DNA of 64,000 bases, from assembly GCF_964213995.1 (NCBI RefSeq), contig NW_027590123.1, positions 744,001 to 808,000 of the forward strand. The letters run 5' to 3'. A program made the translations under genes and the position numbers. Under the pieces are notes generated by a model. The model searched no databases. It worked only from the letters and a program-made list of their open reading frames with translations, and was not told where the DNA came from. The stretch comes from Mustelus asterias. Taxonomy: Eukaryota. This document shows positions 26,901 to 39,719 of the stretch, piece after piece (the stretch's first letter is position 1; every line of letters begins with the position of its first letter).

Positions 26901-28049
26901 TTTCACAGTAACTTCATTGAAGTGTTAATGTAAGCCTACTTGTGACATTAATAAATAAACTTCAAACATTAAATCTTCCAGCAGATATGGAGAATGTCAT
27001 AAATGTTCAGAAAAATAGTAATTATTTTCACCAACGACCATCCATTCACAATTTTTAAAAATGCATTCACCAGTTCTCATTCATTCATAAAGATTAGTAT
27101 ATTTAACATTACTTTATGGGAGGTGGGCGACACTTTCTAGGCCAGCATTTGTTCCCCATTGCTAATTGCATTCAGTAAAGTGGTGGTGAACCGCCTTGTT
27201 GAACCGCTGCAAAACCTGCAGAGTAGGTACTCCCATAGTGCTGTTCGGGAGGGTGCTCATGGATTCCGACCCAGCGACAGTATAGGAATGGTAATATATG
27301 TTCAAGTGGGGTTGATGAGTGTCTTCGGGAGGGGGGCGGGGGAGGTGGGGGGGGGGGGGGAATTTCCAGGCGGGGTTGTTTCACTTCACCAATTATCATC
27401 AATTCATACAGATAAACAATTATTTCACCAATTATATTCAGCATTTTGATAAAAGCAAAATACTACGGATTCTGGAAACTGAAACAAAAACAATAAATTC
27501 TGGAAAATCTCAACAGGTCTGACAGCATCTGGGGAGAGAGAATAGAGCCAACATTTTGAGTCAGGATGACGAATTTTTATTTGGAGGAAATTGAAGTGGA
27601 TGATGAAATTGGGAAATGATACGGTTGGAAAGGGATTAGGAAGTTTTTTTTAGAATATAGTTAGTGATTGAGGCGTTGATTAGGTTAGTTAGGATGGAGA
27701 AGTTGAATATGATATTTGGGATCGATATCTGAATTGATGTAACTTGTGTGTGGTTCGAAATAGTGTATATCATTAAACAGTAACTACTTAAACTATTCCC
27801 ATCTCACAGGAAAGTGATGCAGCTTCTCTGACACCTTGTTAGAAACAATGATGATCTCTCCAACGCATCAGGAATACTCTGTCGAAGCGCCATCCAGACA
27901 CGAAAAGTTGGCTCTATTCTGTCTCCATAGAAGCTGTCAGACCTGCTGCGATTTTCCAGCATTTTCTGTTTGTTTTCAGTCTTTCATTCTGTACAACATA
28001 CAATTGTAATTTGCTTCGTAGGATGTATTAACATTTATTGGCATCATAT

Positions 28050-30395
28050 TGGCCTTTTTGTCACCAAGGAATATAACCTGTCCCAGAATTCAGTGGGGAA
28101 TGAAATTAATTCAGACCGAGCATAATGAACAGCGACCCAGCAGCCTCTGTTCTTCATTGACAAGTAATCACCTCATCATCACACAGAATGTCCTGATACA
28201 TAGCTAGAGTGTGTGATGATTTTCAAAGTGATGATATAAATGAAACTACCTGTACCTCATGTGAAGTTACTGAATCTTTAAATCCCGATTCAGTATTACA
28301 CTGTTTTGGGAAGTAATGTAACAATTGTTATTGTCCAGTGAGTCTCACAATATTTCTGTTGGTATCTTATTTACGTTTCACCCTGTTACCTTCACTAATT
28401 TAGGTGAGGGCATGTTGAGTGATTTGCTGTACGTCAAAGAACCACATGTTTCAAATATTACAATCCTCCCTCCTCAAACTAATCATGTTCACTCTTTTTA
28501 TCTTGGATATGAAGATTCAGCATCAGCAGAGAAATGAACCATCCGAGCGGCAGGAATATCTCGTCCTTCTCTTCGTGAGGATCAGCTTGCTAACTCCCGA
28601 TAAACTCGGGATGGATTTCACCCAGAGACTCTGAAAGAGTTGAAGGTATTAGACTGACACAAATGGAATAAAGGAGCTGATTCAATTTATGAAATAATCA
28701 AGCACAAATATGGGAATGTAGAACAGCATTTTTCAATACCATCTCGCAATGCATCCATCAATCCATTCACTGATTCCTCAATCAAAATATTCAGGCATCC
28801 AACTGTCATTCATCCAACTATCATTCATTCAACTGTCATTCATTCCTGCATCAAGACAGTCATTCATTTATTGTTTGTGCAGATGGTGACGTAATATTAA
28901 TTTAATTGGCCCAGTGATCCAGAGGCCCAGGACAATGATGTGGGGACAGGGATTTAAATCGGAGCATTGCAGCTGGTGGAATTTGAATTCAATTAATAAA
29001 TATGGAATACATTCTAATGGCGACCATAGAACCCTCTCTGATCCCCCAATGAGGGAAATCTGCCATCGCTACCTGGTCTCACAAGAATGTGACTCCAGAC
29101 GGACACAAAATGGCTGACTCTTCAGAAGTGGCATAGAAAACCATTCAGTTCAAGGGAATTTGGGACAGGCATAATGTGCTCGTCGTTCCACCAACTCAAA
29201 CATCTCATGGAACGAGATAGGGAAAGAATACACAAGCATACATGTTCATGTATTACAACATGTATCGTCTCCCTGAATCATCTCTCAGTCTGCCTGTAAT
29301 TCTTTCGATCCATCCATGACAATATCCTGATGTGTTGGAAAAATCATCATTGTTGCTAACAGGGTGTCAGAGAAGCTGCATAAATTGTCTTTCTTGAGAG
29401 ATGGGTAAAATCCATATAGACTTACAACTTAAAATATTAAATTGCCTCCAGTACTGTTGCTGGGTAGATTTCTTTATAAATAGGGCTCATTGACAATGCG
29501 AAGGATTTGAAGTTGGCTTGCAGCCAAGCGGTCAGTACTGAGGAAACAGATCTACTGCACAAACACCCCCAGATGCTTCCTGTCAATAACTTTGAGCATT
29601 TGGCAGCAGGCTGGATTGCTGCCAAATACTGTGTGGGAAAGATTAGTGTGAACCTGAATGGACAAAATGGGATTCAGCCATTTAAACAATAAACGTTTCA
29701 TTCCCACAAGAATGACACATTTTAAATCGGAATCATTCTAATCAAAGATTTTCATTCAATGTCCTGTTCATTATGTGAGTAAATAGCATCGCAAAACAAT
29801 AAAGTGACCAGATGCTTTTTCATTTGTATAACTTCCAAATAAATGTCATTCCAATAATTAAAGTCTGTTTATTAACCACTTCATGAAATGCGAGAGAGAG
29901 ATGTTGATGGTCCCAATTCCCCAGTTAATTGAGATCAGAGCAATGGCACAAATGCATCGAAATAATATTAAAAGAACATCATAAAACTGACATGAACAAC
30001 AGGGATTCCTGGAATATTCTGAAAGTTTTGCATCCTATTTAAACAGCAGCGTCTCTTGTACCTGATTTACACCGTGTACTATTGTACAGTATAATCTGAT
30101 TCCTGTTATTGAAGAGTTCCTCTCATAGCTGCCAATGAGTGGAGAAATGATCAGTTCATAACCTGATTCAATGGAAGGTAAAATATTTATTCTTGTGATA
30201 TTGTGCAATGTGCAGCAAAGCCCTGATATCTTGTGTTCCCAATACCAATAAATATTAGACAGCCGGTGGCCAATAGAGTGAGCTGCCACGATTTGGCTGC
30301 TGAAGGAGAACTTTAATGATCTCCGTGTCCGTTCCGATTCATTAACTTCTCTGTCAAAAGTCGATGTTAATTTTATGTTTTTCTCTCTCAACTCA
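28050..30395 (-). pseudogene. Unidentified multi-exon pseudogene, copy 3. Putative exons about 30395-30062, 29653-29446, about 29392-29242, 28845 to about 28250, and a further segment near 28190-28050
   Basis: 118-codon open frame in the first exon; splice sites with matching phases across exons; many stops are TGA, compatible with CpG decay of CGA. Confidence 0.55.
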
Positions 30396-30968
30396 CTATT
30401 TAATTATCAGGAGGGCAGGATTCTTATTATTTTCAAAGGGCTGTCTTCGAGATTGGGGCAGTTTGACAAATATAAGGAGAAACATTGTATTGTGTGAGAG
30501 TTTCTTCTCATCTCCAAACCCAAATTGTACAGTGATAGCCATCCACACTGTAAATGCAATCACTTTGTTCATCCCCTCATTTAGTTACAGAAATAGGTAA
30601 AAATTCTTCTGATAAATGATGCTTTATTATTGTGATGTGACAGAGACCCGGAATTGTTGCAACACAGACTGACGGTCTCTTTATTTTCCAAAACTGTTAT
30701 TTCATCATTTTTAGATTTGTGTTCTTCTTGGGGGCGTGGTAATAAAATCACCATATTTACAATGGAAATAGTTATTTAAATAAAGAAATGATGAACTGCA
30801 ATATCACCATCAGAAATAATGGAGACAATACAATGAACATATTCAGCCAAACAAATATCCCGACACAGACAAAATGTCCATTTTAATATTAACCTATTGT
30901 AAATCTGGGAGTCCATTCTGTTGGGTGTGGAAGGTGGGACCTGGATCCAGTCGCCGCCTCCAGCAGGG

Positions 30969-31020
30969 AATCAACAGGCGGCGCCTGGAAAGCCGCCCCC
31001 TTCTGCCGGGTATTTAAATA
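30969..31020 (+). promoter_or_regulatory. VH promoter: GC-rich/CTCF-like elements and TATA-like box TATTTAAATA (31011-31020); no octamer seen
   Basis: TATA-like element about 90 nt upstream of the leader ATG. No ATGCAAAT/ATTTGCAT found nearby, consistent with known shark VH promoters. Confidence 0.6.
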
Positions 31021-31108
31021 CCGCTCACCGGACCGGAATCCAACAGTCCGGGAGTTGGTTTGTTCACTGAGTTCCTGACACAACCATTTCCCCCAAATCA
31101 CCAGAAGG

Positions 31109-31154
31109 ATGAGGTCGGCGATTTGTCTCAGTTTGTTGCTGACTTTCTTATCCG
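31109..31154 (+). CDS. IGHV: IgH V leader exon (MRSAICLSLLLTFLS-G)
   Basis: ATG at 31109, hydrophobic signal peptide, phase-1 donor G|GTGAGT at 31154/31155. Confidence 0.93.
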
Positions 31155-31286
31155 GTGAGTAGTTATTTTTCATTTTCTAAGTCTCCCACAGTTACTGTCT
31201 CAGTTTTAGTCCATCTCTGTAATATTCCAGAGTCAAAAACCATTACACCAGGATTAATCCTCGGGTTTTTTGATCTATTTTTGCAG

Positions 31287-31591
31287 GTGTCCAGACGCAG
31301 GTTGTGTTGACTCAGCCAGAGGCAGAGACCGGGCGTCCCGGAGGCTCCCTGACACTGACCTGTAAAACCAGCGGCTTCGCTCTTAGCAGCTACAGCATGT
31401 ACTGGATCCGACAGGTTCCAGGACAGGGGTTGGAGTGGCTGGTTCGCTACTATAGTTCATCCAGCAACAACTACGCCCCAGCAATTAAGGATCGATTTAG
31501 TGCGTCTAAAGACACTTCAACCAACATCTTCTCTTTGGAGATGACAAGGCTGAAGACCGAAGACACCGCCATCTATTACTGTGCAAGAGAC
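31287..31591 (+). CDS. IGHV: IgM VH gene segment, germline, intact
   Basis: Acceptor ttgcAG at 31286. Translates [31 protein letters not shown]...[13 protein letters not shown]...[11 protein letters not shown], with both Cys and the FR2 Trp; typical shark IgM VH. Confidence 0.97.
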
Positions 31592-31630
31592 CACAGCGAG
31601 AGGAACCAGGGATGGACCCGAACAAGAACA
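31592..31630 (+). other. VH 3' RSS (23-bp spacer)
   Basis: Heptamer CACAGCG 31592-31598, 23-nt spacer, nonamer ACAAGAACA 31622-31630. Confidence 0.93.
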
Positions 31631-32002
31631 GCTCGAGAGGGAATTCAGCAACTTTCATCATAACCTGAAGGTCAGTATCTGTTTTAAATATAACACTAAC
31701 GACAGTGATCAGAAGCAAAACACAAACTGCTTCTGACAAACCCAACTTAGTGAAAATTAAACATTAAACCAAGAAAACACACAGACATAACGGGCTGAGC
31801 TTTTCACTCTGTTTATATTTACTGTTAACAGTTTCAGCAATTACACACCTGGATATAATGCTCGTTTTAATATTTCTGATACTTGGAGGAGATGTTTTTA
31901 GATTGTGTTTTGTAAACTGTTGCATGAAGTGTAAATTACATCACGAATAATGGTCTATTTGAAGTGAATATTGAGCGGCAGTACTGAACAGAGAGTAAGT
32001 GC

Positions 32003-32082
32003 AGTTTTTGTGCGAGTGTCTGTCACTGTGATACAGCAGTGGGTCACAGTGCTGAGCACAGCGACATCCTCATACAAAAACC
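32003..32082 (+). other. IGHD: DH1 segment (ATACAGCAGTGGGT, 32031-32044) with 12-RSS 5' and 22-RSS 3'
   Basis: AGTTTTTGT-12-CACTGTG | D | CACAGTG-22-ACAAAAACC. Confidence 0.95.
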
Positions 32083-32393
32083 TCATGGAAAGAGATCGCT
32101 CAAATTGGTGATCAGCACCACAGCAGGATTTTCAAAGTAAAAGAGGCTTCAATGAAATAATGCGCAGAAGCAATATTAGTTTGTGAAAAGGTATAAAAAT
32201 CTTCCCGTAAAATCTGTGTTGAACGATATGCTAAATCTACATAGAGGGTTTAAAAGCATTCCGATACCCTTTGTAAATATAATGACTTGGACAAGCTACA
32301 ATATCTCACTCATTCGCTCATAGAAGAGGCAGAATCAGATTTTTGAGAGTAGTGAAATTAAATCTCTGTATTTTACAGTTAGCAGTCAGACTC

Positions 32394-32462
32394 AGTATTT
32401 GTCATGCTGTGTCTCACTGTGATAACTGGGGTGGCACAACAGTTACTGTCAATACAAAAACC
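32394..32462 (+). other. IGHD: DH2 segment (ATAACTGGGGTGG, 32422-32434) with 12/12 RSS
   Basis: AGTATTTGT-12-CACTGTG | D | CACAACA-12-ACAAAAACC. Confidence 0.92.
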
Positions 32463-32788
32463 CTCAGCACTAATTGACCGAGAGTGGGTCAGTGCTCTGT
32501 TTTGCAATCCAAAATTATTTGCAGTGCTGTATTATTTATGCCCAGCTCTGTACAAACAGCGAGAATCAAATGGAAAATTTATGATAACTATTCAATTATC
32601 ATTTGGTGTTTTCAGTAACATGTTCATGTTATACCCGGTGAAATACAAAACATAAGAGTTATTTATGTCGAGCGAACGGTATCCACAAATACAATAATAA
32701 TCTCATGAATATTAATTGACTTTGCTTTTCCTCAGGTTTGTGAATATTTAAAATAATGGCGGCTTTTCTGTCTATTTTTTGCAGGGCC

Positions 32789-32827
32789 AGTTATTGTATG
32801 ATCCAGCCAAGCGAATGTGACACTGTG
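32789..32827 (+). other. JH 5' RSS (23-bp spacer)
   Basis: AGTTATTGT 32789-32797, 23-nt spacer, CACTGTG 32821-32827. Confidence 0.92.
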
Positions 32828-32875
32828 ACTACTTTGACTACTGGGGACAAGGGACCATGGTGACGGTGACTGCAG
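32828..32875 (+). CDS. IGHJ: JH segment (YFDYWGQGTMVTVTA)
   Basis: WGxG motif, phase-1 donor G|GTAAG. Confidence 0.97.
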
Positions 32876-35800
32876 GTAAGAACCATGCAATTATTTAGTA
32901 ACTGTTTTACTTGAGCTTTTGTTTTATATTTTTTATCGATTTTATTAATTCATTCGTTCACTGAAATGTGGTTTGGCGGATTCTGTACTAAAAATCTGAA
33001 CAATGTTTCATGTGATTCTGCTGAAAATGGGGGTTATAAAATTATACTGTTAATTGACAAGGCGATGCTGAGGGATTCAATCCTTGGTTGTTGTATTTTG
33101 GTCTTTATCTGCTGAGGACATTGTGTGGCTGGGTTACTTTAAAAGTTACTGTCTAACTTCTGTTAAACAGTTCGACGTTTCTGCAGTGTATAAACTCGGT
33201 GACATCTAGTGGCTGCGGGTTGTACCATCTGCTGCACACGCATTTGAAATCTAACCCAATATTTTAAAAATGTGTTAAAGATTCTGTATTAATTGAGTGA
33301 TCATATTCCGCTTACTCGCAATGCCGGTGTGGTTCTGACATATTTCTGTTAATTTAATCATTGATTAGTTTGGTGATGAGCGGATTGGCTGGATTTAAAT
33401 TTGAGATTTGCTGTCAATGTTACATTTGATTCTATTGAAAGCGTTTGGAGAATTGAGCTGCTTCTGCATTATGCGGGGTTCAGTGATATATTTTTTTTTC
33501 TGTTGAGGAGATTGTGGGTCTGGGTGACTTTGAATAAGTAAAATTTTTGAAATGGTTTGGCGATTCTGCATTATTTAATCTCGGTGACACAGCTGTTACA
33601 CACTTTGTGATTGAATACAAACAGTCTTCGCGTCTGAAACTGCTTGACGCATGATTATATGCTGAAATCAGGCAGGCTTTATTCCATTGGCATTTTTGAA
33701 AATCATAATTGATAATTGCAGGTTAAACTAAATCACAGTTTACGCAGTTTGTTCAGAATATAGTTTGCCACTGCATTCACTATTTGGTTAACCTGCAATG
33801 TTAAATCTCAGTGATTGCTGCAGCTTTTACCATCCAAATGTTTAAATATGTTTGAAATATGATCCAATATGAATAAAATGTGGTAAAGTTTCCATATTAA
33901 TGTGTTGGATATATTCTATCTCTTCACAATGCTATTGCTATTATTCCAGATTTCTGTTTTGTTTAATAATTCATACATTTGGTGACGAGCTGTTTTGCTG
34001 GATTCGATATTGAGATTTTCTTGCAATGTTACATTTTATTATGTTGAATGAATAATTGAGCTGCTTCTTCATGAAGCGGAATAATTCCCTCAGTGATGTG
34101 CTTTGGAGTGTTTATGTTCAGGAGATTCTGTGGTTCGGCCACTATGATAGTTTAAAATTTGCGAAGTGATTTGGTGTTTCCGCATTGTTTCTGCATTGTT
34201 TAAACTCGGCGGCACTGAGCGGTTACACGTTTTCTGGTTGAATGCAAAGAATCTCTGAGTTTGAAAGTCCTTGTAGTAGAAAACAGGCAGGTTTTGGAAA
34301 AAAATGAAATCAAGATATCACAACATTTTTATAAATTTTAACTAATGTTTAAATATTAAAATAAATCATGACTTACAAAGTTCACTTGGACACTAAGTCA
34401 TTGCTGCAATCACAAACTTCTCATTAACCAATTTGATCATGAAATTAAGATAAATCAAACAATTATTGATCGGCAATATAACTCCATATTCACCAAAGAT
34501 TTTTTTATGTTAATATCATTATTCATTAATCACCTCTAATAGTTCTGTTCGATTAAAATGACCAGAAAAGTTTCTGGGCTGGAAATATTTTGTGATAATT
34601 CCAGAAACTATTTCAATGATAACGTGCTGTTTCCATAGCAGCGCTCAATTCAACAAGATACTTTGCATTAGTCGTTATATCCCAGATTAAGTTCGCATTC
34701 ACTGGAATACGGGTTTTGCAGAATAAGACGTTGCTTTTTGGCAATTTATGTATCCGATTATTACATTTTCTTTCTGTGCAGTCGCAATCAGATTATTCCT
34801 TCCAAGTAATTTGTAATTGGATACCGAGATAATTAATTACTAATCTCATCTCAAAATTTGTGAAATGGTTTGGTGTTTCTCAATTGTTTCTGTATTGTTT
34901 CAACTCTGTGAAACTGAGCGGTTACAGGTTTTCTGGCTAAATGAAAATAAAACTGCGTTTGAAAATTCTTGCAGGGATAAAGGAAAAAGGTTTCGGAAAA
35001 ATAAAATAATTAGATGTTTGGGCTTTTATTCAAGTTAACTGATGCTTACATATTAAAATAAATCATGAATTACAATTCTTACAGAGACACTGTATCTCTG
35101 TTAGGGAGATTACACTACCCTGAATCTGTTATATTTGAGGTGCTCATTTTCAGAAAAAATACATTTTTGCCCAGTTTTCATGATTTGAGACAGACAGGGA
35201 GAGATAGTTAAAAGGCGAAGGGAGTTTTGAAATGAACATCAGGTTAATTTAAATTTTTTATTGACTTTTTTGCAGTTGTAATTTGACCTTAGATCAATTA
35301 GAATCAAACAGTTTGAATAAATTTGACAGAGCGAACAGAGTTTTCTGACAGGTGGAATTCGCTGACACTCATGCAATTGTTCACATTGTTCACATAATTG
35401 TGTTTGAATTGTAGTAAAGTGTCAACAGAAACTGGCTAGAGATGGACAAGTTAATGCTTGAAATTCAAAAAGATTAATTTAAATAAAAATATTATACTAT
35501 TATAAATACTATAAAAATAATCTTATCTCTGCACTTGATAATAACATCATGTCTCCCATTACTGCTGAACACAGGATAGAATTATGGGAAGAATAAATGA
35601 CAGAATAGAAGAATTGATTCTATCTGAACCTTATGTTTAATTCATATTAAATATTATAATGAAGAAAAAGTCTGGACTTACATTCTGCATCATGTTTTAG
35701 TGTTACAGAGGATTTGAATCAATTGTCCTCTTTGTGTTTGCACTGTTTAATTCAGATCTTCTTTAATTAAACAATGTGTTCAGTAATTAAGTTATATGGA

Positions 35801-36751
35801 TGTTCTAAATTACTAAATCTTGGAAGCAGTATTATTGACTTCAAACTGCCAGGCCGTTACAGTCTATACATATTCAGCAGTATGCAATTTTAACACTTTT
35901 GCAGGTTATAATAAGACACTTGTAGTAAAAGTGAAAAAGTAAAATATTACAATGTGATTAGATTTAAGTAAATGAATGACAGATGTCTGAATGTTTCTGT
36001 TCAGTAATTTGAAATTATATTTAACATTGTCTAAGATTTAATTGTAACCTAATTATTTAACAATGTTGGAGGCAGAAGCACATTTTGAATGATTGAAAAC
36101 CCATTTTATTACAGAGTACAAATGAGCTGACAGGAGAACTAACTAGTAATTAACAATAACTTAAAATATAATAATGCTGCTGATTAATTCAAAACAAACT
36201 ACCTTGAATATTGTACAGGCGTGCAAAATACAATCCGTTTTAGAGAATATTCAATTGTATCGGAAATGTATTCAGAAACAAAACATTACTTTACTCAGCT
36301 GTGCTCACTCGATAAAGTGCTTTGCTTTGATTAATTTGTTGAGTACATTTAATTAAGAAATTAGATCTAATCAGGTAATGATTTTCAATCTAAATGTTTC
36401 TTGATTTGGTTACTTCTTGCTGTGTCACCGCATCTCTGTTAGGGACATTGAACTGTCCTGAATCTGTTATTTTTGATTGCTCATTTTCGGCGAAATTACA
36501 TTTTTACATAGTTTTCGAGAAGTGAGACAGAGGAATAATTAACAGTCGAAAGGTGTTTTGAAATGAATATCAGTTTAATTTAAAATAGGTTATTAATTTT
36601 CTGTTGTTGTAAGTTGGCCATTGATCAATTAGAATCCAACAGTTTGAATGAAATTGACAGATTGAACAGATCTATCTGCTGGGCACTCGATTGTTGCACC
36701 GTTTATGTCTGTTCTGTTTCTGTGCGCGTGGTCACTGTGTTGGGGCCAGGA

Positions 36752-39600
36752 AACACACACACACACACACACGCACACACACACATGCACACATGCACTA
36801 TCCCTCCCACATTCCCGTACTCTCACTTCGTCTCACAACTCATTCACATGCTCCCTCTCTCATACGAACACTTCCACACGCATTCTCTCACGCAGGCACA
36901 TATTTCTCTCTCTTTCACACGCTTACTCCCTTACACATTATCTCACATACGCACAATCTTGCTCTCAAACACTGTCTCTCACAAAGACTCTCTCTCTCAC
37001 ACGCCCACAGTCTTTCCGTCTCTCACACACGAACACACATGTATACACAATGTATCTCTCTGAAACACTCCACCTATCACAGACACGTTTTCTCTCAATC
37101 GTTATTTCACTCACACACACTCACACATCCACTCTGTCTAATTTTCACACTTTTTCTCGCTCACACCTCCACACCTCCCCGCCCCTCCACACACGCACAC
37201 ACACTTTGAAGAACAGAGACACTCTCACACACATAAAGAATATCTCTTCAAACACACACTCTCTCTCTCACACACACACATTTGCGATATCACATATCCT
37301 TTCTCTACGCACACTCTCTCCTCTTGCACACACAGACCACTGTCTCACACACGTGCAAAAGCACTCATGTGTCTGACACACTCTCACCCACATAAACCAC
37401 ACACAACGTCTCTCTCTCACACACAAAAACTCTTTCTCTCTGTCACAGACACACACGCTCACACACACACACACACTCAAAAATATTGCTTCTATCGCCC
37501 ACACACATTGTACACATCTTTCTCACTCACACGCAATCCCATGCACACTTTCACACACTCATGAACCTACTATTTTGCTTTCAAATAGGCACTCCCTCTC
37601 GCACACACTGTCTTTCACATGAACACAACACTCTCTCCCACACACAGACCCTCCTTCTCAAGCACACGCACTCTCTTTCACAGACACCCTGTATCTCATA
37701 TAGACACACTTCTTTTCACATAAACACACACTCAATCACACACAGAAGTACTCTCTCATACAGACTCCCCACACACATTCTCCCCGCTCCTCCACACACA
37801 CACTTTCAAGGTGAGACACACTATCACACACAAAGAATAACTCTTCAAACACATGCTCTCTCACACACACACATTATCTCACACACCCTTTCTCGCACAC
37901 ACACTCTCCCCTCTTGCACGCACAGCCCACTGTCTTACACACGTGCAAACGTAGTCTATCACACACAGGCACCCTCCCACACATTCACTCTCTCTCTCTC
38001 TCACACACACACACCCAAACACCCTCTCACACACTTTCCATCTCACATACGTCAGAGTGTCTGTCCTTGACATCATAGAATAGAATCATAGGATCCTACA
38101 GTACAGAAGGAGGCCATTCAGCCCATCGAGTCTGCACCAACAGCAATCCCGATCCCCATAACCACATGTATTTACCCTAACTAGTCACCCTGACGCTAAG
38201 GGGCAATTTAGCACGGCTAATCCACCGAACCCGCACATCTTTGGACTGTGGGAGGAAACAGGAGCACCCGAATGAAACCCAAATAGACATGGGGGGAACT
38301 TGCAAACTCCACACAGACAGTGACCCAAGTCGGGAATCCAACTCTGAGGCAGCAGCGCTAATCACTGTGCCACCGTGCCACCATCCCCCCGCCCCCCCAC
38401 TTACTCACTCGCATTCACTCACTCACCCTCATTCACTCACGCTCACACCCTCATTCACTCACCAGCACTCACTCACTCACACCCACTCACCCTCACACAT
38501 CCTCACTCACTCATCCCCATTCACTCACTGTCACTCAGTTACCCACACTCACGCGCCATCACTCACTCAACCTCACTCACTAACCCTCAGTCACTCACTC
38601 AGAGCCTCAGTCACTCACCAACACTCATAGTCACCTTCATTCACTCATCCCACTAACCCACCCTCACTCACCCAGTCTCACTCACTCTCACTCACTCACC
38701 CTACTTACCCACCCTCACTTACTCAGTCTCACTCACTCTCACTCACTCACGCTACTTACCCACCCTCACTTATCCAGTCTCACTCACTCTCACTCACCCT
38801 CACTCACCCCACTTACCCACCTTCACTCATCCTGTCTCAATCACTCTCACTCACTCACCGCATTTACCCTCCCTCACTTATCCAGTCTCACTCCCTCTCA
38901 CTCGCCCTCACTCACTCTCCCCACTTACCCACCCTCGCTTACCCAGACTCACCCCCACACACTCAAGCTCAATCACCCTCTCTCTCTCACGTATGCCACC
39001 TGACCCATTCAAACTCACTGAGACTCACGCACCTACATTCACTCACACACCCTCACATATTCACCATCACTCAAGGTCACCCACCCTAACTCACAGATCC
39101 TCAATCACTCATCCTCACTCAAACACCTTCACTCACTCACCTTCACTCATCCACCCATCCGCATTTATTCTCCCTCACACACTCTCACACCACCCTCAAT
39201 AACACACCCTGACTCACTCACTCTCTCACCCTCACTTACTAAGTCACATTCACTCCTCACCCTCATTCACTCGCTCTCACTCACCCACCTTCACTAACCT
39301 TCACGCATCCTCACTCGCTCACCCTCATTCATTCATTCTCTCTTACCGATACTCACTCACCCACCTTCACTCACACATTCAGCCACCTTCACTCACCCAC
39401 CCTCTCTCACACACCCTCATTTACTCACGTTCTCTCACCCTCACCCACACTTACTCACTCACACTCAATCACTCACACTCAATCACTCACCCTCACTTAC
39501 CCACCTTCCATCACTCACACACCATCACTCATCCACTTTCACTCCTTCAATCGCTCACCCTCACGCACTCACATTCTCTCACTCACACTCGCTAAACCTG
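36752..39600 (+). repeat. CA/CT and (CACT)n low-complexity tract in the J-C intron
   Basis: Degenerate (CA)n, (CT)n and CACTCACC arrays; a SINE is inserted at about 38075-38380. Confidence 0.9.
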
Positions 39601-39719
39601 TGTGTGGAGGTCTGTAACGAGAGAGAAGAAAGATCTCAAGCGGCAGTTTGGTGTTCAAATGTGGGAGCTGCCCTGCGAATGTGGAGAGCTGGGGGGAATC
39701 CCTGGGGGCTCAGGGCCAA

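Larger units (their letters stand above)
14587..29015 (+). repeat. Segmental duplication unit B (11760-14580 is a further partial copy of 26240-28650)
   Basis: Same anchors as unit A; differs by lineage-specific CR1 and SINE insertions. Confidence 0.85.

Noticed and set aside
28050-30395. Possibility that the unknown gene is a RAG/Transib or other DDE transposase
   Set aside because: I recognised no transposase motifs, terminal inverted repeats or TSD; not excluded without a profile search.
32058-32082. Second heptamer CACAGCG inside the D1 3' spacer
   Set aside because: Only 9 nt from the nonamer, so the spacing is invalid.
36700-36739. CACTGTG heptamer as an extra J/D RSS
   Set aside because: No nonamer at 12 or 22/23 spacing and no J-like WGxG downstream.
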